A stretch of DNA of 64,000 bases from an uncultured Candidatus Saccharibacteria bacterium (GCA_964638585.1 CAZXAN010000002.1:9291-73290), one strand, 5' to 3'. Positions 9,246 through 18,522 are shown, numbered from the stretch's first letter. Notes: generated by a model from the sequence alone, not told the origin. Translations and numbers: made by a program.

Positions 9246-10226
9246 CTAGTCAAACAAAGAAATAAGATACGCATCTATGTCGCGCTGGTCCATTGTGTAG
9301 AGATATGAATTAGAGTTGTGCAGTTCTGTTGCTAGCTTCACACCCACAAAGCGCCAGTGCCACGGCTCAAAGACATAATAGCCATTATTCTTAGGATATG
9401 AGAGGACAAAGCCGTATTTATAGGCATTTGCGACGACCCACTCGTAGGCAGGAGTGCGATCAAATCCAGAGAGCTGGCCACCAGTACCTGTAGTGATTAG
9501 GTCAACAGTTGTGCCGAGCTGATGTTCTGAATATCCTTGATCGGCAGAAAAGGAATTAGCGGTGCCGGCACCGTAGACGACGCTGTACTGTCCCTTAAGC
9601 GCCTGTTGGGTGTTAAACGAACGATAAGCGGAACTGACATACAGTGTTACGCCATCTGTCTTGGCCTGACCAATCATCCGTGTCAGGTAGGGAAGAACTT
9701 CGGGGATAATCTGCAACGGCAACTTCTCGTCATATTTATATACGGCGGGAATCTCTACAAGTCTGGCAGGTGCGTAGGTATCGCTTAAGAAAAAGACTTT
9801 TGAATATTTTGCGAGGAGCTCGGGGTCGGTCTTACTCAACTTCTGCAGACTCGTCAACGTCCCACTGAGAGAGCCGACCTGATTTTGGACTCCGCCCAGC
9901 TGTGACTGCACATTTTGTTTTTCTTGGTTTATCGCATTTGCCAAAGAGGTTGTTTTATCAGTAATACTGTTCTGTAGAATAGCGGTTGTTGATGCAAGTC
10001 CAGAGCTTAGTTCCAAAGTAAGTTCATCAACGCGCGCGGACAGCGCAGTAAACTGCACATATCCGTACCAGGATATTGTGAATATCGCAGAAACAACCAA
10101 AGCAAACCCGGCGACCGTGAACCACTGGCCAGTCAAAATAGTCTGAATAAATTTGTGAGCATGCTTTACTTCCATCCAGCCAGTATACGATACATTGCGA
10201 CATATTATTTTTGCGATAGAATGCAA
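9246..10226 (-). CDS. VanY-like D,D-carboxypeptidase (peptidase M15B) with N-terminal TM and coiled coil
   Basis: SEHQLGTTVD and EPWHWRFVG zinc-ligand blocks. Confidence 0.7.
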   Translation of the reverse strand: MHSIAKIICRNVSYTGWMEVKHAHKFIQTILTGQWFTVAGFALVVSAIFTISWYGYVQFTALSARVDELTLELSSGLASTTAILQNSITDKTTSLANAINQEKQNVQSQLGGVQNQVGSLSGTLTSLQKLSKTDPELLAKYSKVFFLSDTYAPARLVEIPAVYKYDEKLPLQIIPEVLPYLTRMIGQAKTDGVTLYVSSAYRSFNTQQALKGQYSVVYGAGTANSFSADQGYSEHQLGTTVDLITTGTGGQLSGFDRTPAYEWVVANAYKYGFVLSYPKNNGYYVFEPWHWRFVGVKLATELHNSNSYLYTMDQRDIDAYLISLFD

Positions 10227-10290
10227 ACACGTCCTCAGAAATGGGGGCTAATAGATTCCGGGATAGCTCAACGGTAGAGCAGCGCCCTGT

Positions 10291-10872
10291 GGTCCATTTC
10301 CTCCCCCCGCCACGGTATATAATGTACCGAATGGCAGACAAGAGGAAATACGCCGACAGGAGAGAAGAACTCATTCGAGCGGTTGCAAAGCGCAGAAGAA
10401 AGATTAAGAGCATGGCGATTGAGTACAAAGGTGGCAAATGCCAAATTTGTGGCTACTCAAAATATCAAGGAGCGTTTGATCTTCACCACATTGATCCGAA
10501 ACAAAAAGACTTTGGTATCGGCGATAAGGGTTACACCCGATCGTGGGAGAGGGTTAAAGCGGAACTCGATAAATGCATCTTGGTTTGTGCGAATTGTCAT
10601 CGCGAGGTTGAGGCCGGCGTTACGCAGCTTCCTAAAGAGATTTAGGTTGAAAAATGAGGTGAATTCGGGGAAACCCTAACAGCGGAAATGCTGTGGGCAA
10701 TCCCGAGCCAAGCCACGACGACAGGCGTTGTGGAAGGTGTAGAGACTATCCCGCAAGGGAGTACCCTTCGAAGCTTTATGCGAAGTAGGGGAAGCGCCTC
10801 ACACCCTCGATCTGCGAAAGCAGGTACGGGTGATGATATAGTCCATCCCTCTAGGTAACTTAAGGAGCGATG
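10291..10872 (+). mobile_element. Group I intron (putative) with internal HNH ORF
   Basis: U at 5' splice site, G at 3' end; GNRA hairpins GGGGAAACCC, CAGCGGAAATGCTG, CCCGCAAGGG; P7-like GACTA/TAGTC in GTAGAGACTAT...GATATAGTCC resembling R/S elements. Confidence 0.55.
10331..10645 (+). CDS. HNH homing-endonuclease-like protein encoded inside the intron
   Basis: CQICGY...LHHIDP...CANCHR HNH/zinc-finger pattern; track ORF 10241 start is an in-frame upstream extension across the tRNA exon. Confidence 0.6.
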   Translation: MADKRKYADRREELIRAVAKRRRKIKSMAIEYKGGKCQICGYSKYQGAFDLHHIDPKQKDFGIGDKGYTRSWERVKAELDKCILVCANCHREVEAGVTQLPKEI

Positions 10873-10910
10873 TAAGGCGTTGGTTGCAAGTTCGAATCTT
10901 GCTCCCGGAG

Positions 10911-10953
10911 CAAATGAAAATGAGAGGCGCCCGTGAGGGCGCTTTTCATTTGC
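10911..10953 (+). terminator. Long hairpin CAAATGAAAA-TGAGAG-GCGCCC-gtga-GGGCGC-TTT-TCATTTG after tRNA-Asn
   Basis: Nested inverted repeats with T-run. Confidence 0.6.
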
Positions 10954-11235
10954 GACGGGAAGGAAGTTCGGGGCACTTTCGTGCAAGATTCGAAGATCTT
11001 GCGAGCATATTTTGCAATTTCCTGAAGCAAAATATCCGCAAGGTGTACTGGTCATGTAATGACCGAAAAATGTACTCATGTTCTTGCCGTGCCCGTCCGT
11101 AGCTTCTGAGCGAAGGAGGGCTCCCGGAGCAAATTTGACGGAATTGAACATGTATGTGAATATTCCTCAAGAAATTTTTTGGCAATAGCACATTGTAAGA
11201 AATAATCCGATCAACATCTTGAGTGAGGAGACACA

Positions 11236-12189
11236 ATGCTTTCCTTTAAACTTGATGTTTCAGCATCAAGCAAACCAGCCTTTCCGATCTGCTTTTTGAC
11301 CACGTATGTCCTGTGTGATTCTCTTTGGAGACGGCGCGGGCATTCTCGGTGGTGTCCGGCTCTGATCGTGAAGTTCTTGAGCAAGGCGCTCCTGGCTTTA
11401 TTCACGCCTCGCGGTTCATTAAGCGTCGCTTTAGCCGTATATGCTTGGTTACGATGCGTCGACGATGTCTTTGATGAAGACTCGGTAGCTCCATGGAGCA
11501 AAGACCGCATTCTGTATCTCAAGCGTAAGGAACAGGTAATGAATGCAGTCCGTTCAGGCAATCGTCTCGTTCTCGATCCAGAAGATCTCCTCCTTGCGTA
11601 TGCACTTTACGCAATGGACTGTCGTGGCATAGACATACGGACCGAGCTCGGCGATATCTGGGACTCTATGGAATGGGTCGAGCGTAGACGCCTAGGTCGT
11701 TGGATAGCGACAAACGAGGAGTTGGTCCACTTTACGAACCTGGACGACGCAGGCGCGGTTGGACTCTGTGTGAAGGTCTTTGGTGGCGACGTGGGATTGT
11801 TCGAAAAAATTGCGCCCGCGATTAAAGGTGTCTTCATGAGAATCGATATGCACACCGATTTTCTGGAGGATATTAGAAGAGGGGTTGTTAACATTCCTAG
11901 TGAATCCCTGTCACTATTCGGTATCGATATAAGGCGGATAGAGGTCTGCCGTTTATGGGCAGAACTTAGAAATGTCCCTGGTTTCCTATCGTGGTACGAC
12001 AGTCAAATAAAAACTCTTCGCAAGGAATTATCGACTGTCTTGACACTGCTAGAGGTCAACAGCAAGACATTGCTACCGAGCCTCTTCATTTGGTTCCTAT
12101 TTAAACTACGTGTACACCACAACTGCAAGCATATGCTCGATCTGGCAGAAGCTCGCGTACAAACAAATCACCCGCCCCAACAGGAATAG
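11236..12189 (+). CDS. Squalene/phytoene synthase family (head-to-head isoprenoid synthase-like) protein
   Basis: AVYAWLRCVDDVFDE (first Asp-rich motif) and GVFMRIDMHTDFLEDIRRGVVNIP (second motif, cf. [21 protein letters not shown]). Confidence 0.5.
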   Translation: MLSFKLDVSASSKPAFPICFLTTYVLCDSLWRRRGHSRWCPALIVKFLSKALLALFTPRGSLSVALAVYAWLRCVDDVFDEDSVAPWSKDRILYLKRKEQVMNAVRSGNRLVLDPEDLLLAYALYAMDCRGIDIRTELGDIWDSMEWVERRRLGRWIATNEELVHFTNLDDAGAVGLCVKVFGGDVGLFEKIAPAIKGVFMRIDMHTDFLEDIRRGVVNIPSESLSLFGIDIRRIEVCRLWAELRNVPGFLSWYDSQIKTLRKELSTVLTLLEVNSKTLLPSLFIWFLFKLRVHHNCKHMLDLAEARVQTNHPPQQE

Positions 12190-12465
12190 GAGACTTTCCA
12201 CTTGTTGCATGGCGGGTTTCCTATTTCCATATCAAGCAGGCTCGAACCCCCAAGGGGACTGCGACTTGTTTCCAATCGATGGCTCTTGGACAAGCCGGTA
12301 GCCCTCAAGAGGACTGCGTTTTTCTAAGTCCGATTACGAACTAACAAAAACGGGAGCATCCTCTATCAAGCGGAGCAAGAACTACACACATTTGCTCTTA
12401 GTTAATGCTGGCTGTCCACATTTATTTCTACAACGAAGCCGCCACGGTGAGACTGTGGCGGCTTT

Positions 12466-13155
12466 TTAGTTTCTTCTTGTCGTGGGGTACCCTCGACGCC
12501 GTAGTAGACGCTCGAGGCGCGGAAGCTCTGCGCACGGCAGAACCGCTCGCAAGGGGAAGGCAAGACGATAGGTCACGTCGCCGATAGTTGTTGAGAGCTT
12601 GATACGGCTCGTGACCGTACTAAATGCTATCGGGTTGACGCCGAGCTGGGTAAGCCCGAAGTGGAGACCATCATTTGCGAAGTCGTAGGCCTCCGAGCAG
12701 CGAACATCAATCGTCTGACTGCCCAGATGACCCATGATGCTCTTACTCGAGACCGACCGCGTCTTCCGCCAGCGTTCAACGATAGATAAGTCAAAGATGA
12801 GACCCCACATCGTCGCGCTCGCGAGATATGCGCGGACCGCCTCTGCGGTCGTGTGCTGCGCGAGCTCTGTCGAACGTTCCCCCCTTTTCCCACGATTATT
12901 GCGATAGGCAAAGAACATATACCATGCTCGATCGAACGGGAACCGACTGATCTTCCCATACCGTTCGATCTGCTCGAGACTCAGGCGAAAGCCGTACGAC
13001 GACTTATATCCCGACGCCTTCACTTCAACTGAAGTGGCCAGGCGCCAGAGACATATGTCACCGTCATCGTTTCGCGAGAGACTCCCACCAAGAATCTGGT
13101 GTCCTACTTGTTCGTAGAAATTACCGACGATAGTATGTTTCAAGCCGATATCCAT
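12466..13155 (-). CDS. Hypothetical protein, possible PD-(D/E)xK nuclease fold
   Basis: DDGDICLWRLATSVEVKAS (D...EVK) motif; GC-rich ORF. Confidence 0.3.
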   Translation of the reverse strand: MDIGLKHTIVGNFYEQVGHQILGGSLSRNDDGDICLWRLATSVEVKASGYKSSYGFRLSLEQIERYGKISRFPFDRAWYMFFAYRNNRGKRGERSTELAQHTTAEAVRAYLASATMWGLIFDLSIVERWRKTRSVSSKSIMGHLGSQTIDVRCSEAYDFANDGLHFGLTQLGVNPIAFSTVTSRIKLSTTIGDVTYRLAFPLRAVLPCAELPRLERLLRRRGYPTTRRN

Positions 13156-13633
13156 GCGACACCTCCTCGCTTCATTATACGCGTACTCTTCTCAAACGCA
13201 CGTTTGATGACTTCGGCTGGACTTTTCGTTTATATAGCATTTCCTTTCGAATTTCTTTCACCCAGCGGAGCAAAATAGAAAACACCTTCCGTCTTGGAAG
13301 GTGTTTTCTATTTATTCTGCAGATTTTTCTTCGTGTGCGATGGCGGCATCCTTATGAGCCTCTCCCGCTACTTGTTCAGCTTCTTTAGCCTGTTCGTCGG
13401 CAGCGTTTGCTATCTCGTCTGCACCTTTTGTGTTTATGTCGTCCATAGTAGAAATATAAATGAATAAAATAGCCCAAACCTAAAGACTACTCTCACTCTG
13501 CATGTGCCGAATAAACGCATGAAATATTACATATAGCTTTTTGTCACTTAGAATAAAGACACCCAGCCACATGCTGTGACTGGGTGCCAGATTAAAAAGA
13601 ACAGAAGTACAAGGCCTAGATTTGTTTTGCGGA

Positions 13634-15163
13634 TTAGTTTGCGTGATGTTCGGCGCGAACTTCTCCTTTATTATCTATCTCTAAGAGATGGACTCCGTAC
13701 CCCCATAACGACGCCAAATGCGTAAGCGTCTTATTAACAGAGGTTTTATCAAGTAGCACTCCGTGGCTAATGGCGTGGTGCAAAGTCAGCGTTCTGTCGC
13801 TGTCAAGGTCCACGTCTTCGATACGGATATCAGGATCATTTTGTGCGACATCGTACTGATTAGCGAGAAACCGCCTAATCTTGCGATAGCCACGCTCATC
13901 GTGAATTGCATTTACGATGATCTCCTTGTTTTCGCTTGCATCGTACAAGCTGAAAAACTTGAAGTCGCGAATGACTTTTGGTGAGAGGAATTGTTGGATA
14001 AAGCTTTCATCCCGAAATTCCTTCCACGCATCCCGCAGTATAGTCCATGGGTCACCCTTTCCAGCAAAATCTCGGAACCAGCGACGATCTTCCTCCGTTG
14101 GCTCCGTTGCTATGCGGAATATATCGCGCATCATCGCGAAGCCTAGAGCATATGGATTGATCCCCATACGATCAAAACCTCGCTGATTAAACCATGGCTG
14201 GTACACAACACTGGTATGCGAATGCAAGAATTCCAACATCGCACCATCAGTGATGAGTCCTTTTTCGTGCAGTCTGTGCATGGTTTGATAATGAACGAAT
14301 GTTGCACACCCCTCGTTCATTACCTGCGTTTGCCGCTGGGGATAAAAGTACTGTGCGATTTTCCGCACAATCCGCACAATTTCCCTTTGCCATGGCTCCA
14401 TCTTTGGTGCATGCTTCTCAACGAAATAGAGCAAATTTTCTTCTGGCAGTCCGAGTCTCCTCCTGCGCTTCTCGCGCTCTTCCTCGGTCGCCGATTTGTG
14501 GCGTTCGGGGAGCGTTTTTTTCCACAGGTCGTTGTAGGTGAGTTCAGCATGCTCCATTCTGGTCTTCTGACGTTTTTTTTCATCCGAGAGACTCAATTTC
14601 ATCGGACGTGGTGCTCGGTTGATACCGAGTGTGTGGAGAGCATGAGCTGAGTCCAGAACCTGCTCTACACGTTTTGCTCCGTGCTCGTCCTCGCATTTCA
14701 TTACGAAGTCGCGCGCGAAGGCGAGGTAGCCAAGGATCCCAGAAGCATCAGTCCACTGCTTAAAGAGATGATTATTCTTAAAGAAGTGGTTGTGACCGAA
14801 TGCCGCATGCGCGATAGTCAGTGCCTGCATCGTCATGGAATTTTCCTCCATGAGATGCACGATGCACGGATTCGTGTTAATGACGATCTCGTATGCCAGG
14901 CCAGTGATTCCTTTTTGATAAAGCCTCTCATGTTGAGCGAAATGCTTTCCGAAGGACCAGTGGCGATACATAAACGGCATGCCGTTTGATGCATATCGGT
15001 CAAGCATTTGCTCCGATGTGATGATGTCAATCTGGTTTGGATAAACATCCAGCCCGTATTCATCGATGGCTATCCTCTCAATCTCGTCGTAGGTTGCACG
15101 AATGATTGACGGTGTCCAGACGGAACTGTCGAAGAGCGGTGTGCCACATGAAGCTTTGTTCAT
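13634..15163 (-). CDS. spoVR: SpoVR/YcgB family protein
   Basis: 509 aa; conserved SpoVR blocks (HAAFGHNHFFKNN, VYQPWFNQRGF); 4-bp overlap with upstream yeaH. Confidence 0.8.
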   Translation of the reverse strand: MNKASCGTPLFDSSVWTPSIIRATYDEIERIAIDEYGLDVYPNQIDIITSEQMLDRYASNGMPFMYRHWSFGKHFAQHERLYQKGITGLAYEIVINTNPCIVHLMEENSMTMQALTIAHAAFGHNHFFKNNHLFKQWTDASGILGYLAFARDFVMKCEDEHGAKRVEQVLDSAHALHTLGINRAPRPMKLSLSDEKKRQKTRMEHAELTYNDLWKKTLPERHKSATEEEREKRRRRLGLPEENLLYFVEKHAPKMEPWQREIVRIVRKIAQYFYPQRQTQVMNEGCATFVHYQTMHRLHEKGLITDGAMLEFLHSHTSVVYQPWFNQRGFDRMGINPYALGFAMMRDIFRIATEPTEEDRRWFRDFAGKGDPWTILRDAWKEFRDESFIQQFLSPKVIRDFKFFSLYDASENKEIIVNAIHDERGYRKIRRFLANQYDVAQNDPDIRIEDVDLDSDRTLTLHHAISHGVLLDKTSVNKTLTHLASLWGYGVHLLEIDNKGEVRAEHHAN

Positions 15164-16443
15164 GATGCGCTTACTCCTTTCATTGTGTTGTCGCGCCCGA
15201 AAAGTCGGTAGAATACTCTGATAATATCTTCGGGATTTTCAACGCGCTGCATCGCGAAGTGCTCTGTCCGTATTTTTTCATAAGCACGCCACAATATTGA
15301 TGGGTGGGATTGTTCTCCAACCTCAATATATGCGTAGTACTGAAGAACTGGCAGGACTTCTGTCAACAGCTTCACGACGTCCGTAGTGTCGGCTCGATCA
15401 TTATCGCCGTCGGACGCTTGTGCAACATACATATTCCATTCGCTTGCATAGCGTACACGGATTATTTTCCTCATTTCCTCAATGGCGGACGAGACTGCCG
15501 TCCCACCGGTTTCCTGAGAAAGAAAGAAGGTTTCTTCATCAACTTCGCTTGCGCGGTCTGTGTGGCGAATGAAGACCACGTCGACTCGCTTATAGCGATT
15601 TTCCAGGAACAAACGAAGAAGAAGAAAGAAACGCTTGGCACAGTTCTTCCGCTCCTCCGTCATAGACCCGGATACATCCATCAGACAAAACATGACTGCC
15701 CTTAAAATCGGCTTCGGTGTCCTTTCAAAACGCCTGAAGCGGACATCATGGTCTGGCTCAATGAATGGAATGCGGAAATATCGAATCTTGAGTCGTGCCA
15801 GTTGCTCTCGCAACTCTCTCAGAAGTTCAGATTCTCCGTGTTTCGCTTCTTCAGTTGTAACCGCTTCTTCAAGCGCATTTAATTCCGCAAGCTTTGGACG
15901 CCCTAGAGCTATTCTTCTTCCGAGGCTCTGCCGCATCGTGCGAACGAGGTCCATCTGAGAAGGTGAGCCACTTTTTGAGAAACCAGAACGCTCACGAATG
16001 AACAAGTCGGTTTCGCCAGCCGTCTGCTTCTTCAGATTTGGCAATTCGCAATCCTCGAAGAAAAGCTCAAGGAATTCCTCGCGAGAGATGACAAACTGAA
16101 ATGAGTCAGTGGCGTCGCCTTTACCGGCAGTATCTCCTGTTCCCATTCCTCCGTCTCCTGACCCTCCGCTCGGACGAGCAATTCGATCTCCCTCGGTGAA
16201 TTTTTCATTGCCGGGGAATACACGATTGCGATCGCCACCGGAGTTTGATTTGCGAATGAACGGTTCGTCAATGCCGTCGATAGGTATCGATACTTGTTTG
16301 CTGTTGCCAGGGTCGGTGATTATACTCTTTCCCTGAAGTGCTTCGTCCACTATACGGCGTACGTTCGCTTTCGCTCTCTTGATAAACCGCACACGATTGG
16401 GGACGCTTGCTCCGCGTGATCCGCGTTTGTCTCTAATCTCCAT
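15160..16443 (-). CDS. yeaH: YeaH/YhbH (DUF444) vWA-like protein
   Basis: 427 aa, Gly-rich segment, acidic blocks; positioned between prkA and spoVR. Confidence 0.75.
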   Translation of the reverse strand: MEIRDKRGSRGASVPNRVRFIKRAKANVRRIVDEALQGKSIITDPGNSKQVSIPIDGIDEPFIRKSNSGGDRNRVFPGNEKFTEGDRIARPSGGSGDGGMGTGDTAGKGDATDSFQFVISREEFLELFFEDCELPNLKKQTAGETDLFIRERSGFSKSGSPSQMDLVRTMRQSLGRRIALGRPKLAELNALEEAVTTEEAKHGESELLRELREQLARLKIRYFRIPFIEPDHDVRFRRFERTPKPILRAVMFCLMDVSGSMTEERKNCAKRFFLLLRLFLENRYKRVDVVFIRHTDRASEVDEETFFLSQETGGTAVSSAIEEMRKIIRVRYASEWNMYVAQASDGDNDRADTTDVVKLLTEVLPVLQYYAYIEVGEQSHPSILWRAYEKIRTEHFAMQRVENPEDIIRVFYRLFGRDNTMKGVSAS

Positions 16444-16524
16444 AGTCGATTCTCCTTGGTGACCATTTTTTGAAAAGAAAAGGGCTGGCAGACGTGATGC
16501 CTGCCAGCCCCCGTTCCGTCCAGC

Positions 16525-18522
16525 CTAGGATTTCTTGACTCGAATGTACCACTCCACTAAACGCCTGATTTGGCGTTCGGTGTTTCCGTTTTTCTTCATC
16601 CGAGCGACAAAATCCAAATGTTTCCTTTCTGTCTCCGAGTCCTTCTTGGTGTCAAAGGTGAGAACAGGCAGAAGGTCCTCCATAGAACCGAATACCTGAC
16701 TCTCTATAACGTGCCGCAGTTTTTCGTATGAATCCCACCGCGGATTCCTGCCGCCGTTATTTGCTCGATAGCGAAGCACATAATTAAGCACCTCGTTGCG
16801 GAAGTCCTTCGGATTTGCGATGCCCGCAGGCTTCTCAATCTTGGAGAGTTCCGCATCGATCGACTCCTTGTTTAGTAGCTGGCCGGTTTGCTGATCCCTG
16901 AAGTCATTGTTGGCCACCCACGCATCCGCCCAATCGATGTAGCGGTCAAACTTGTTCTGGCCATACTCTTCGAATGACTCCAGGTACGCCGATTGAAGTT
17001 CCTTTTCCAGATGCTCAGCATACTTTGGCAGTAGTTCCCCCTTGATGAACGCGAGAAGCTGTTTCGTTCGCTCAGAAGGGAATTCCTCGCGAAGAATCTG
17101 CTGTTCCAGTACGTACATGAGCTGTACGGGATCAGCAGCGACTTCAACAGTGTCATGGTTGAAGGTAGCGGACAGGACCTTATACGCAAGTCGCGTTGAA
17201 AGTCCAATCATGCCCTCGTCCTGACCTGCCGCATCGCGGTATTCCTGCACCGACTTTGCCTTCGGATCAGTATCCTTGATATCGTCGCCGTTGTAGACGC
17301 GCATCTTGGAATAAAGATCAGAGTTTTCATGCTCCTTGAGCCGAGATAGTACGCAGAACTGCGCCAGCATCTCGAGCGTTCCGGGTGCACACGGCGAACC
17401 GACAAGCTCACTTCCAGAGATCAACTTCTTGTAAATTTGTTGCTCTTCCGAATACCGGAGGCAGTACGGTACCTTGACGATACAGATGCGATCCAGAAAG
17501 GCTTGGTTGTTCTTGTTGCTCTTGAACGCCAGCCACTCTGTCTCGTTGCTGTGTGCAAGGATGATGCCCTGGAAGGGCAACATACCGATGTTATCGGTTC
17601 CCGCATAATTGCTTTCCTGCGTCGCGGTCAAGAGCGGATGAAGCATCTTGATCGGTGCCTTGAACATTTCAACGAACTCAAGAAGCCCCTGATTAGCCCG
17701 ATTAAGCCCGCCGGCGTAGCCGTATGCATCTGCGTCGCTTTGAGAAAATTGATCAAGCTTGCGCAGATCAACCTTCCCGATAAGTGCAGAGACATCCTGA
17801 TTGTTCTCATCTCCGGGCTCCACCTTCGCCACGGCAATCTGCCGTAATTGCGAAGGATACAGCTCCAGAACGGAGAACCTCGTGATGTCATTGTCGAAAT
17901 CTCTGTGGAGGCGATTAAGCGCCCACGGAGACGCGACAGAAACAAGCCTACGTCTCGGGATGTTGTAATTTCTTTCCAGCGTCGCACCATCCCGTTCTGC
18001 GTCGAAGAGCCCGAGAGGGCTTTCGAACAGTGGACTGGCTTCGTACTCTTGTCCGTCGATAGCGAAGAGAGGGCCGGTGATCACATCATTTTTTTCACCC
18101 ATCTTGCGCTTGGCGAGAACATAGATGGGTTCCTTTTCCATCAATGTTTTCAACCGTTCTGCAAGCGATGATTTACCGCCACCGACCGGACCGAGGAGAT
18201 ACAGAACCTGTTTTCGTTCCTCGAGTCCTTGTGCTCCATGTCTGAAGAATGCGACCAAAAATTCAATCGCCTCCTCCATGCCATAGAAGCCTTCAAATGC
18301 CGCATACCGCCGAATAGTCCGGCTCATGAAGATCTTTGCCAGACGCGGATCCTTCTCCTTCGGCGTGTCCACGAGAATGGGCTCACCAATCGCCTTGAGC
18401 ATTCGCTCGTGGGCGTTCGCATAAAAAGCGGGAGACTTCCTGCATCCTTCGAGATATTCTTCCAGCGACATCTTCCTTACCTGCCTGTTACGGTGAAGCT
18501 CTTTCAGTTCCGAAATGCTCAT
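16525..18522 (-). CDS. prkA: PrkA-type serine protein kinase (YeaG)
   Basis: Walker A LLGPVGGGKSSLAERLK, 665 aa PrkA architecture. Confidence 0.85.
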   Translation of the reverse strand: MSISELKELHRNRQVRKMSLEEYLEGCRKSPAFYANAHERMLKAIGEPILVDTPKEKDPRLAKIFMSRTIRRYAAFEGFYGMEEAIEFLVAFFRHGAQGLEERKQVLYLLGPVGGGKSSLAERLKTLMEKEPIYVLAKRKMGEKNDVITGPLFAIDGQEYEASPLFESPLGLFDAERDGATLERNYNIPRRRLVSVASPWALNRLHRDFDNDITRFSVLELYPSQLRQIAVAKVEPGDENNQDVSALIGKVDLRKLDQFSQSDADAYGYAGGLNRANQGLLEFVEMFKAPIKMLHPLLTATQESNYAGTDNIGMLPFQGIILAHSNETEWLAFKSNKNNQAFLDRICIVKVPYCLRYSEEQQIYKKLISGSELVGSPCAPGTLEMLAQFCVLSRLKEHENSDLYSKMRVYNGDDIKDTDPKAKSVQEYRDAAGQDEGMIGLSTRLAYKVLSATFNHDTVEVAADPVQLMYVLEQQILREEFPSERTKQLLAFIKGELLPKYAEHLEKELQSAYLESFEEYGQNKFDRYIDWADAWVANNDFRDQQTGQLLNKESIDAELSKIEKPAGIANPKDFRNEVLNYVLRYRANNGGRNPRWDSYEKLRHVIESQVFGSMEDLLPVLTFDTKKDSETERKHLDFVARMKKNGNTERQIRRLVEWYIRVKKS

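Larger units (their letters stand above)
10257..10910 (+). tRNA. tRNA-Asn(GUU) interrupted in the anticodon loop by a 582-nt intron (exon1 10257-10290, exon2 10873-10910)
   Basis: Exon1 TCCGGGATAGCTCAACGGTAGAGCAGCGCCCTGT, exon2 TAAGGCGTTGGTTGCAAGTTCGAATCTTGCTCCCGGAG; joined 72-nt cloverleaf with all-WC acceptor stem, loop CUGUUAA, T-loop TTCGAAT, discriminator G; overall pattern matches bacterial tRNA-Asn. Confidence 0.6.

Noticed and set aside
10241-10330. N-terminal extension of the HNH ORF (track start 10241) running through the tRNA 5' exon
   Set aside because: The in-frame extension is coincidental. A proper ATG at 10331 lies inside the intron.
10241-10912. Possibility that the split tRNA-like halves represent a tmRNA (ssrA)
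   Set aside because: The acceptor stem lacks the G3-U70 alanine identity pair and the GGGG start. The interior shows group I intron core-like helices and an HNH ORF instead of a tag-peptide frame plus pseudoknots. The 650-nt length is also wrong.
10642-11236. Minus-strand ORFs 10642-11151 and 10946-11236
   Set aside because: They cover the intron catalytic core, the tRNA 3' exon and the terminator hairpin.
12190-12465. Small ORFs 12110-12301 and 12405-12587, and a near-repeat GGGGACTGCG/GAGGACTGCG in the 12.19-12.46 kb spacer
   Set aside because: No start context or protein-like composition. The region ends with a good terminator hairpin (AGCCGCCACGG...GTGGCGGCT plus T-run at about 12434-12470). 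Possibly a small ncRNA, but there is no positive evidence.
17437-18171. Antisense ORFs inside prkA (for example 17437-17847 and 17848-18171), and similar nested ORFs inside rel, def-fmt, murA, the 1054-aa gene and others
   Set aside because: They are fully contained in the opposite strand of long, well-supported genes.
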